A stretch of DNA of 64,000 nucleotides. Origin: Eledone cirrhosa (lineage: Eukaryota). The notes below the pieces were generated by a model, which was given only the letters and a program-made list of their open reading frames with translations, made no database searches and was not told the DNA's origin. Each line of letters starts with the position of its first letter. Position 1 is the first letter of the stretch. Below are positions 1 through 11,710 of this stretch, one piece after another. Location of the stretch: positions 307,272,001 through 307,336,000 of the forward strand of contig OZ024743.1 of NCBI GenBank assembly GCA_964016885.1, given 5' to 3'. A program made the translations under genes and the position numbers.

Positions 1-96
1 ATTTTAGAATATAAAACAAATATAAGACAAGAAAAGATAATGGCGCAAATCTTCTAAACTTTTCTCTGCCGGTCGTGTCTGTCTCCTATTTCATTC

Positions 97-133
<37 letters not shown>

Positions 134-300
134 GTATATATATATAATAAGACAAACGACCTGTAACACACCTTTCGCAGATGGTTGGCCCAAGGTCACC
201 CATGAAAGTTGTGGACCTGACTCCAGCATCGATCTGCTCATCAGACTAGTGGTTCAACAAAAAATAAATTCACTAAATCACATACACTAATAAATATATA

Positions 301-376
<76 letters not shown>

Positions 377-383
<7 letters not shown>

Positions 384-890
384 CGTGTATACGAACAGCA
401 ATGTTACAGGTAGTGAGACGTGGGCGCTGTCTGTTGAAGACTTGCGTAGATTAGAAAGAAACGAAGCCTGCATGCTCCGATGGATGTGTAATAGTAATAT
501 ACGCGAATGGCAAAGCATAAATGAATTGAGAGAGAGACTGAGCATAAGAGGAATCAAATGCTGTGTGCAGGAGAGGAGGTTGCGTTGGTATGGACATGTG
601 ATGTGTATGAAGGATGACAGCTGCATAAAAAGGTGCAGAGCACTAGAAGTCAATGGAAACCTTGGAGTGGGGAGACCCAAGAAGACCTGGGATGAAGTGA
701 TAAAAGCCGACCTTACTGTAAATGAGGTTGGTGTTAGGAAGGGCATCCAGCTGTAGAAATCAAGCCAGAATCAGTTCCCGTATGAGCAAGACATGGTCAG
801 CCGACCGGACACTGCCCACAACAGGACAACCCGTCTAACCCATGCTAGCGTGGAAGAACGGACGTAAAACGGTGATGATGATGATGATGA
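377..890 (+). mobile_element. RTE LINE 3' fragment (divergent subfamily) with (GAT)n tail
   Basis: GSETW...RLERNEACMLRWMC...RRLRWYGHV...GRPKKTW, shared 3' UTR core and GAT tail. Flanked by (TA)n. Confidence 0.85.
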
Positions 891-1029
891 TATATATATA
901 TATATAGACACGCACACACATCTAAAGAGAGAGAGACACAGAGGAAGAGGCAGAAAGAGAGAGGTAGGCCGTTATACAGAGAGAGATACAATTAAAGTGT
1001 TAAATATTTAGAGAGAGAGAGAGTGACGT

Positions 1030-1505
1030 CCCACAGAGAGTGACAGTCTAGAATCGGCTTAAACTATAGATCCTTTGATCTATAGGAAGGTTTAACAATA
1101 TTGCTTTAGCTTTTATAAAGTCGTTTTACAGTCTTTGATTTCACAGAACAAAGAAAAATTGATACTATTTGAAATTAATCTACCCTCCAGCTTTTATCCA
1201 TATACTACTTACAGAGACCGTACTAATGAAGCTAAACACTTCAGAAGCAATTTTATACAGTAAAAGATCAATCTGACTATGGTTTTTTTCACATTTAAAA
1301 TCCAAGGCCAATGCTACCATTTAATCGGCAGTTTACTCGGCCCCAGCCTAATAAGGAAGTTTTATGATTGTTTTGTTTTTTTTGTCTCTCTCTCACACAT
1401 ATTACGGTCTCACCTCATACTAGACAACACATCCAATACAGTCATTTTCTCTTTTATCCATCTTCTCTTAATTATTCTCCCGGGGGAAGCTGGATACCTA
1501 AGCTA

Positions 1506-1506
<1 letters not shown>
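1030..1506 (+). mobile_element. Helitron-derived non-autonomous remnant
   Basis: TFKIQGQCYHLIGSLL (1291-1338) resembles the Helitron Rep/Hel N-terminal FKIQGQxYHxIGSLLP motif. Ends in a GC-rich subterminal segment plus CTAG (1503-1506) followed by T. 5' boundary approximate. Confidence 0.6.
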
Positions 1507-1540
<34 letters not shown>

Positions 1541-1543
<3 letters not shown>

Positions 1544-2472
1544 CAAAATAAGCAGTGGGGGAGGGCGCTCTGAAAGTACAGTAGCTAGAGTCAGAACTGG
1601 ATGGAAAAAGTTCAGAGAGCTTATACCACTATTAGCTGCTAAAGGGTTCTCCCTAAAAATGAAAGGCAGGTTGTACGATACCTGCATACGAACAGCAATG
1701 TTGCATGGCAGTGAGACCTGGGCATTGTGTGCAGAGGATATACGCAGACTAGAGAGAAACGAAGCTTGCATGCTCCGCTGGATGTGTAATAGTAATATAC
1801 GTGAACGACAAAGCATAAACGAACTAAGGAAAAAATTAGAAATAAGAGGGATCAGATGTTGTTTACTCGAGAGAAGGCTACGTTGGTATGGTCACGTGAT
1901 GCGCATGAAGGACGATAGCTGTATAACAAAGTGCAGGGCAATAAAGATAGACGGTAGCCACGGAATAGGCAGACCCAGAAAAACCTGGGACGAGCTGATA
2001 AATTCCGACCTCACACACTTACACCTCACCAAGACAATGTCACTGGACCGAGAACTTTGGCGGTACTCAGTAATAGAGAAGACCGGCCTTACCTAAATAC
2101 AAAGTAAAACCTACTACAGTCAGTAGGCATCTCTAACAAAATACACCCCCGTCCCACCCCATCCACACCGCCCCTTTCAATGTAAAGTTATGTTGGTGCC
2201 ACAACATCCAGGCCGAAACAAATGAGATCGTGTAGGTGTCACGTCAAAAAAACACACAGTTCACGCTGTAATGTGGCCATGTAGGCAACACAGTAAAAAC
2301 CTCCCAGCCCCACACTGTAAATGTGGTTGGTGTTAGGAAGGGCATCCAGCTGTAGAAAACCCGCCAGACAGTCCTATGCGAGCAAGATAATCACTCTTGC
2401 CTCAAGTGGGAAAACCCCCGTCCAAACCCATGCAAGCGTGGAACACGGACGTTAAACGTTGATGATGATGAT
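1541..2472 (+). mobile_element. RTE LINE, 5'-truncated copy inserted in (TA)n
   Basis: ORF C-terminus (DKISSGG...RRLRWYGHV...GRPRKTW), 3' UTR and (GAT)n tail. TA repeats on both sides. Confidence 0.92.
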
Positions 2473-2510
2473 ATATATATACACACACATACATACATGC
2501 ATGCATACAT

Positions 2511-2545
<35 letters not shown>

Positions 2546-4104
2546 TACATACATACATACATTCATACATACACACATATATATATACATACACACACCG
2601 ACAGATTTATATACAACTGCATTGTGGATAATGGTTACAACAACAACAACACCATTTACAATAATGAAGATGATGATGGTGATTTTTTTTGTTAATGTTA
2701 TTATCATTATTATAATTACTACTACATTTGGATCCAATAGAATTGTCATCTCTTTATAGGTACCTATATTAATATATGTCAGGTCACCAGTTGGTGCTAC
2801 TGGTAACATGTATCCCAGTACAACCTGTCTCATGGTCGGGTCGTTGGCGACTAAACTGGCAACCCCACCAAGGTTTCTTGGTGAGGAGAGTGACTTTGGA
2901 CATCCTGCGGGACTAAAAACAAAACCTGTCAAAGGGCAAAGGAGTTCTTAAGAGTCAATGGCCATCCAAAATCACCGTGAGAGATGACCCCTTAGCCTTT
3001 GTCAAGGCAGAATTCTAGGAGAAGGAAAACTCTGATATAATACCTGCAACCCTGATGATATCCAATGATGTTGACTTGTTCTTCTTTTTGGTAAATATCA
3101 TCTTGGTTAAGAGAGTGGGACTGGCTTTGGGCAGTGCCTTTGCTCACTATAAAAGCTTCACGGCACAGGCATTGCTTTATATCTGGAGATCTCTCTGCAC
3201 TTGTCGTTACATGGTACCATTTGCCCAGCACTATGTGTCAATAATTGTCACAAGTGTAGTGTTTGTACCAGAGTTTTCAAGTCGCTGGCTGGACTAAAAA
3301 GTCACACTCATTCAGCGTATCGGTAGGGGTTCTCCTACGTGGATATAAAGTAGTGGCCATACTCGAAAACGAGTTGGCAGCCACCATATTATTATATAGT
3401 CATAAACCATCCCATACCTGGTTGATTGTACTCTTACCGTACTTTGAGTATTAACTATTATTATCAAATCCCGCCGAGGTTAACTTTGCCTTTCATCCTT
3501 ACAGGGTCGATAAAATAAAGTACCAGTAATGTACTGGGTAATTGCTGGCCTTGTGCCAAAAAGTAGAAACAATTATTAATTCATCTTTCATAATTCTCCA
3601 TTAATATATTAACTTTAATCCCTAGCTGTTAAACCCATTATATTCCCATGTACCAACATTACTAGTATGACAGCCATTATTATTTTTGTTTTTAATTCTT
3701 TACTTCATATGAATGTATATGTATATATGTATATATAAATGTATATGTATGTAACATATATATGTGTGTCTGTGTGTGTGTATGTGTCTAGGTGTGTGTA
3801 TCTGTGTATGTAAACATATGTTTAATGTTTCTAGCATCACTATTATTGTCTTCACTATTGTAAATTGTGTTGTTGTTGTCATGGTAGTCGTAGTGCTGTA
3901 GCGATTGTCCACAATGTATATGTGTGTTTGTATATAAATGTATGTATGTGTATATATATATATATATTAGAAAGTGAGGTGTTTTTTACAAAATGAAAAA
4001 TAACCGAGATGTCCTACACGAGTGAAAGTATAAAGAAAAAGAGATGAAATCGAAAATGCAACTGAAGTCTTATTTTTTAAAAAAATATATATATTTATTT
4101 GGTT

Positions 4105-4142
4105 CCTTTACCGGTTTCGCAGTTCTTCTGCTTTTCAAATGG
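4105..4142 (-). ncRNA. Minimal type I hammerhead motif, U3-A8 core variant
   Basis: Minus strand reads CCAT-TTGAAAA-GCAG-AAGAA-CTGC-GAAA-CCGG-TA-AAGG. Confidence 0.55.
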
Positions 4143-4449
4143 CGAGTTGAGATGGAGGGTCTGTGGTTTTTCTCACATATATATATACTAATAAAGCTGA
4201 CGGCCATATGTATGTAACAAACTTTTCGCCAAACGGCTGAACCAAACAGCACCAAATTTGCACCATAGATGTAACTTTTTCCAAGTAAGAAAGTGAGGGT
4301 ATTTTTGTCTACTAAATTTTGTTAAAAGATTAAAGATATTATTTAAATATTCATTTCTTTAAAATTTTCAAATGTCAAGTCTGGCTGTCTGCATCTGTAC
4401 ATTGACTTCGCTATCTGTGCGTGTGTGTATATATGTATATGTAGTGTGT

Positions 4450-6311
4450 GTATCATTAACTGCTACAAGGGTAAAGGAGATGCCCTAGATAGGAGTAACT
4501 ATAGAAGCATTAAATTAATCGACCAGGTCATGAAGGTCACAGAAAAAGTAATAGCGCAACTCATCAGAGAGAGAATTGATCTAGATGAAATGCAGTTCGG
4601 GTTTGTGTCAGGTAAACGTACCACAGACGCTCTTTTCATTGTACGACAACTACAGGAGAAGTACCTAGCTAAAAGTAAACCCCTATACACTAGCTTTTGT
4701 CAACTTGGAGAAAGCCTTTGACAGAGTCCCCCGTTCCATTATCTGGTGGGCTCTTAGAAAACTAGGTGTTGATGAATGGCTTGTGAGAGCTATACAAGCC
4801 ATGTATAAAGAAACAGTCAGCAAGGTTAGAATTAACAACGAATATAGTGAAGAGTTTAGCGTAAAAGTTGGTGTTCATCAGGACTCCGTTCTTAGCCCCC
4901 TACTATTTATTATTGCCCTTCAGGCTATAACAGTGGAGTTCAAGACCGGCTGCCCATGGGAACTCCTAAACGCAGATGATCTAATGCTCATAGCTGAATC
5001 AATGGCTGAACTAGAGAAGAAATTCCAAACATGGAAGCATGGCCTAGAATCAAAAGGCCTTAAAATTAACCTGTCTAAGACTAAAGTTCTAGTTTGTAGG
5101 AAGGAAAATAGGGCGCCGGTCCCATCCGGGAAATGGCCATGCTCAGTGTGTAGGAAAGGAGTAGGTAGAAACTCCATTTTATGTCCCAAATGCAAAGTAT
5201 AGGTGCATAAAAGATGTAGTGGGATCACAGGTAAGCTAACTAAGAACATAGATTTTATATGTGGCCGGTGCTCTGGTGCAATAAGTAGCAGCAAGTGCCC
5301 ACAGAATACTAGCTCATTCCATTGCACAGATGGTTCTATAGAAATAGTGGACAGCTTCAGTTACCTGGGTGACAAAATCAGCAGTGGGGGAGGGCGCTCT
5401 GAAAGTACAGTAGCTAGAGTCAGAACTGGATGGAAAAAGTTCAGAGAGCTTATACCACTATTAGCCGCTAAAGGGTTCTCCCTAAAAATGAAAGGCAGGC
5501 TGTATGATGCCTGCATACGAACAGCAATGTTGTATGGCAGTGAGACCTGGGCATTGTATGCAGATGATATATGCAGACTGGAGAGGAACGAAGCTTGCAT
5601 GCTCCGCTGGATGTGTAATAGTAATATACGTGAACGGCAAAGCAAAAACGAACTAAGGGAAAAATTAGAAATAAGAGGGATCAGATGTTGTTTACTCGAG
5701 AGAAGACTACGTTGGTATGGTCACGTGATGCGCATGAAAGACGACAGCTGTATAAAAAAGTGCAGGGCAATAAAAATAGATGGTAGCCACGGAGTAGGCA
5801 GACCCAGAAAAACCTGGGACGACTTGATAAATTCCGACCTCACACACTTACACCTCTCCAAGACAATGTCACTGGACCGAGATCTTTGGCGCTACACAGT
5901 AATAGAGAAGACCCGCCTTACCTAAGTACAAAGTGAAACCTACTACAGTCAGTAGGCACCTCTAACAAAATACACCCACGTCCCACTACCCCCACCCCAT
6001 CCACACCACCCCTTTCAATGTAAAGTCATGTTGGTACCACAACATCCAGCCCGAAACAAATGAGGTCGTGTAGGTGTCACGACAAAAAAAACACACAGTC
6101 CACGCTGTAATGTGGCCGTGTAGGTAACACGGTAAAAACCTCCCAGTTCCACACTGTAAATATGGTTGGTGTTAGGAAGGGCATCCAGCCGTAGAAAACC
6201 AGCCAGACAGTCTTATGCGAGCAAGACAACCACTCTTGCCTCAAGTGGGAAAACTTCTGTCCAAACCCATGCAAGCGTGGAATATGGACGCTAAACGATG
6301 ATGATGATGAT
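4450..6311 (+). mobile_element. RTE LINE, 5'-truncated and inactivated
   Basis: RT motifs NYRSIKL, QFGF, KAFDRV, GVHQDSVLSP, NADD; PHD-type finger; frameshift near 4690 and stop at 5200-5202; GAT tail. Confidence 0.93.
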
Positions 6312-6534
6312 ATAGTGTGTATATATATATATATATAGTGTTAGTATCATAAATAAGAGACAGTTTAATTTGTACATTTTATTACAGCATTCCTTTATAC
6401 ATATATATACATATATATACATACATAAACATGTTATTTACAGTTGTATAAAAAAGAAGTATAAGTGTTTCTACTTTTGTCACAAGGCCAGCAATTATTC
6501 CAGTACATTACTGGTACTTTATTATATATAATAT

Positions 6535-6880
6535 GGAGGCACATGGCTTAGTGGTTAGAGCATTGGCCTTGCAATCGAAAGGTTGTGAGTTCAATTCTCA
6601 GACCAGGTGATGTGTTGTTTCCTTGAGCAAGACACTTTATTTCACATTGCTCCAGTTTACTCAACTGTAGAAATGAGATGATAGGGACTGGGGTCCATAT
6701 CATTCCACTGCAAAGTGGTCATGGAGGTGCTACGGCAAAAAAGCACCCAGCACTCACTGTAAATGAGGTTGATGTTAGGAAGAGCATCCAGCTGTAAAAA
6801 TCAAACCAGAATCAGTTCCCGTCCCACCCTTGCAAACAGGGAAAAAGCGGACGTAAAATGTAATGAAATGATGATAATGA
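6535..6880 (+). mobile_element. tRNA-derived SINE with RTE-derived tail (family A)
   Basis: A box TGGCTTAGTGG, B box GAGTTCAATTC, central CCTTGAGCAAGACACTTT core, then the RTE 3' UTR core and GAT tail. Confidence 0.8.
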
Positions 6881-7020
6881 ATATATATATAATACGACAT
6901 TCCTCTCTCTCGTTTTTACTCTGTCTTTTAGATAGATACCCAGCTATAGCGTCGCGCGCTTATAATATCTGTTTGTATGTTTGCCTGTCTGTATCGACTT
7001 TGTTCCTAACCAACTTTTAA

Positions 7021-7058
<38 letters not shown>

Positions 7059-7374
7059 TTAAAAGTTGGTTCATCATCATCATCATCATCACCGTTTTAC
7101 GTCCGTTCTTCCACGCTAGCATGGGTTAGACGGGTTGTCCTGTTGTGGGCAGTGTCTGGTCGGCTGACCATGCCTTGCTCATACAGGAACTGATTTGGCT
7201 TGATTTCTACAGCTGGATGCCCTTCCTAACACCAACCTCATTTACAGTGAGTGCTGGGTGCTTTTTCGTGGCGCCTACACGTCCACTTTACAGTGTGGGC
7301 TGGGTGCTTTTTTGCCGTGGCACCTTCACGACCACCTTGCGGTGGGGGGTGTGATATATATAATTATATATTTG

Positions 7375-7662
7375 TGTACATATTTTCAACAGTAATACTG
7401 TACTATATATGTTCAACAGTAATATTGTACTATATATTTTCAACATTAATACTATACTATACTATATATTTTCAACAGTGATACTATACTATATATTTTC
7501 AACAGTAATACTGTACTATATTATATATTTTCAACAGTAATACTGTACTATACTATATATTTTCAACAGTAATACTGTACTATATATTTTCAACAGTAAT
7601 AATATACTATATATTTTCAACAGAAATACTATGCTATATATTTTCAACAGTAATACTATACT
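7375..7662. repeat. AT-rich minisatellite (~27-32 bp, TATATTTTCAACAGTAATACTGTAC)
   Basis: About 10 visible tandem units. Confidence 0.9.
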
Positions 7663-8452
7663 ACACAGACGCCTTATCGTTTGTTTATCCAAGCGAAGCT
7701 AGGTACATCAGCTATCATCATCATATATCTGGATGCCGTAGAACACGCCAATCGTAGCTGGGCCCCAACCAGACGGGCCAGCTAGTATATATATATATAA
7801 GTTTGAAGAATAGTCAGAGAAAATTTACCTAATTTTTCTTCTTAGTCTGTAGAAATTAACTAGATAAATAATCATTTAAATGGAGCTAAGTCTAAAATGT
7901 AAGTTTGAAGAAATAATAGATAAATGTTACCAATATTCTTCAAGTCTCAACTGTCAACACTTTTGCTCGTACTTTGTGGAAATGTCTAATCATTGCATTA
8001 TCCATGAGGCTTCAAGCTTATCAAGAGACTCCCTCAGTTACGACCAAAATTTTCAAAGTGATTGCTGCCAGTAACGAATTCAAAAGGGGTGAAAATCATC
8101 ACGTGGCTGGCGGTCAAGTTAAAATTGTTGTGAAGGGTAAATTCATTGCTAGAAGAAGCAGTTAGTTACTGTAAGGGAGTATAGAACAAAGTCATAAAGA
8201 ACATATATTTATTAAAACATAATCATAGATACATATATGACTGTGGGCTACATTCAACGGTGTCACCCGATGAATGAAAGAATTAAATAAATAATTATTA
8301 ATCAGAGCTATATTAAAATTATAAGTTTGAAGAACAGTCAGCTAAAATTATATATGTATGTGTGTGTGTGTGTGTGTATACACATATATACACACACATA
8401 CATATATATATACACATATATATACATATATGTATATGTGTGTGTGTATATA

Positions 8453-11400
8453 TAAAACGATGTTATAAGCTTTTCTGGGTGGGAAACGACGATGGGCTGG
8501 GTGGAGTAGGAATCATGGTAGCAGAAAAGTGGGCAGATAAGATAATAGACGTAAATAGAGTGAATGACAGAATAATTAAAATACGACTTGTCCTCAATAG
8601 AACTACGGTGACAGTAATATCTGCGTACGCACCCCAATCCGGACTGCCCGGCACTATAAAAGACAGATTCTATGAGACACTGATGCTAACTACCTCCCAA
8701 ATATCCGACAGTGACTATATAATTATTGCAGGCGACCTAAACGGTCACGTTGGACAACATTGTGACGGCTACGACGAAATCCATGGAGGCTATGGGTTTG
8801 GTACTAGAAATGAGGAAGGCTCCAGAATCCTGGAATTCTGTGATGCAAATAACCTAACTATCTGTAACACTAACTTCAAAAAACGTGACAATCACCTGAT
8901 CACCTATAGATCCGGGGAACACACAAGCCAGGTAGATTATATCCTTACCAGAAGACGTGACAGAGTGTCTGTTGTAAACACCAAATCCCTCCCCCATGAA
9001 GAATGCACCTCCCAACATAGACTGATAATTAGCGACCTCATAGTCAGGACGAGACGTACTCGACAGCAGAAGAGGACTATCCTCAGGAGAAAAATATGGA
9101 AGCTAAAGGACCCCACAGCCAGGAATAAATTTCAAAGCATATTACTTGATGCTTTCGACAGTAAGGAAGAACATTTAGAGTTGGACAATATAGAGGGAGA
9201 GTGGGAATTTCTGAAAGCAAACCTGCTGTTGGCGACAGACGAAGTCTGTGGCTGGAGCAGGCCTGTAGGCAGGAGGAGAGTAACATGGTGGTGGAACAGT
9301 AAGGTGGAGGGGTCAATTAAGGCCAAAAAGCAGGCTTGGGAAGTATGGCGGGATGGGGGAAGTAGAGAAGACTATCAAGTGGCCAGGAGGGAAGCTAGGA
9401 GACAAGTGTACTTAGCAAGAAGGGAAGCAGAGGAAAGAAAGTTCAAGCATGTTCTACAACGCGATGACCAAAAACGTGAGGTGTTCAGGATTGCTAGGCA
9501 ATGCGTCAAGGAAAACCGTGATATTGTCGGGGAGAGGTGTGTACTAAACGACGATGGCACACTTGCCATCACCAACGCTGATAAGAAGGTAGCTTGGAAG
9601 TGTCACTATGAAAGGCTACTAAATGAGGAGAATAAATGGGAGAAAGACAGTCTCCCCCATATCGACCCAATAGAGGGACCAGCAGTGTTAGTCGAAGGGA
9701 GTATAATAAGTAAGGCAATCAAGGATAGGAAGACGGGTAAGGCGGCTGGGCCTTCGGAAATAGTTGCTGAGATGCTGAAGGCATCTGGCACGGTGGGACA
9801 CACCATGGTCACCCGCATAGTTAACCAAGTCGGACAGAATGGGGTTGTTCCGAAGGACTGGCATAGCAGCATCATCGTTAACTGTTATAAGGGTAAAGGA
9901 GACGCCCTAGATAGGAGTAACTATAGAGGCATTAAATTAATCGACCAGGTCATGAAGGTCACGGAAAAAGTAATAGCACAACTAATCAGAGAGAGAATTG
10001 ACCTAGATGAAATGCAGTTCAGGTTTGTGTCAGGCAAAAGTACGACAGACGCTCTTTTCATTGTACGACAACTACAGGAGAAGTACCTAGCTAAAGGTAA
10101 ACCCCTCTACTTAGCTTTTGTCGACTTGGAGAAAGCCTTCGACAGAGTCCCCCGCTCCATTATCTGGTGGGCTCTTAGAAAACTAGGCGTTGACGAATGG
10201 CTTGTGAGAGCTATACAAGCCATGTATAAAGAAACAGTCAGCAAGGTTAGAATTAACAACGAATATAGTGAAGAGTTTAGCGTAAAAGTTGGCGTCCATC
10301 AGGGCTCTGTTCTCAGCCCCCTACTATTTATTATTGCCCTTCAGGCTATAACAGAGGAGTTCAAGACCGGCTGCCCATGGGAACTCCTATACGCAGACGA
10401 CCTGACACTCATAGCGGAATCAATGGCCGAGCTAGAGAAGAAATTCCAAACATGGAAGCACGGCCTAGAATCAAAAGGCCTTAAAATTAACCTGGCTAAG
10501 ACTAAAGTTCTAGTTTGTAGGAAAGAAAATAAGGCGGCGGTCCCTTCTGGGAAATGGTCGTGCTCGGTGTGTAGGAAAGGTGTAGGTAGAAACTCCATTT
10601 TATGTCCTAAGTGCAAAGTATGGGTGCATAAAAGATGTAGTGGGATCACAGGTAAGTTAACTAAGAACATAGATTTTACATGTGGCCGGTGCTCTGGTGC
10701 AATAAGTAGCAGCAAGTGCCCACAAAATACTAGCTCTTTCAATTGCGCAGAGGGTTCTATAGAAATAGTGGACAGTTTCCGTTACCTGGGTGATAAAATC
10801 AGCAGTGGGGGAGGGTGCTCTGAAAGTACAGTAGCTAGAGTCAGAACTGGCTGGAAAAAGTTCAGAGAGCTTATACCACTATTAGCTGCTAAAGGGTTCT
10901 CCCTAAAAATGAAAGGCAGGTTGTACGATGCCTGCATACGAACAGCAATGTTGCATGGCAGTGAGACCTGGGCATTGTGTGCAGAGGATATACGCAGACT
11001 AGAGAGGAACGAAGCTTGCATGGTCCGCTGGATGTGTAACAGTAATATACGTGAACGGCAAAGCATAAACGAACTAAGGAAAAAATTAGAAATAAGAGGG
11101 ATCAGATGTTGTTTACTCGAGAGAAGGCTACGTTGGTATGGACACGTGATGCGCATGAAAGTCGATAGCTGTATAACAAAGTGCAGGGCAATAAAGATAG
11201 ACGGTAGCCACGGAATAGGCAGACCTAGAAAAACCTAGGACGAGCTGATAAACTCCGACCTCACACACTTACACCTCTCCAAGACAATGTCACTGGACCG
11301 AGACCTTTGGCGGTACTCAGTAACAGAGAAGACCCGCCTTACCTAAATACATAGTAAAACCTACTACAGCCAGTAGGCATCTCTAACAAAATACCCCACC

Positions 11401-11710
11401 CCATCCACGCCACCCCGTTCTATGTAAAGTTGTGTTGGTGCCACACGATCCAGGCCGAAACAAATGAGATCGTGTAGGTGTCACGACAAAAAAACACACA
11501 GTCCACGCTGTAATGTAGGCAACACGGTAAAAAGCTCCCAGACCCACACTGTAAATGTGGTTGGTGTTAGGAAGGGCATCCAACTGTACAAAACCTGCCA
11601 GACAGTCCTATGCGAGCAAGACAATCACTCTTGCCTCAAGTGGGACTACCCCCGTCCAAACCCATGCAAGCGTGGAACACGGACGTTAAACGTTGATGAT
11701 GATGATGATG
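8453..11710 (+). mobile_element. RTE LINE, near-full ORF (APE endonuclease + RT + PHD-type finger), 5'-truncated within APE
   Basis: About 928 open codons: YAPQ, GDLNGHVG, QVDYIL, SQHRL (APE); NYRGIKL, FVDLEKAFD, GVHQGSVLSP, YADD, YLG (RT). TGG>TAG at 11236-11238. GAT tail. Confidence 0.95.

Noticed and set aside
6535-6606. tRNA-like A/B boxes (also 38659 and 57743)
   Set aside because: These are SINE heads continuing into core and LINE tail, not tRNA genes.
7796-8345. Possible mariner-like remnant
   Set aside because: Only a vague resemblance; no TIR pair or transposase motif could be established.
8362-8452. N-terminal extension of the 958-aa ORF
   Set aside because: Read-through of TG/TA microsatellite; the RTE copy is 5'-truncated and has no authentic start.
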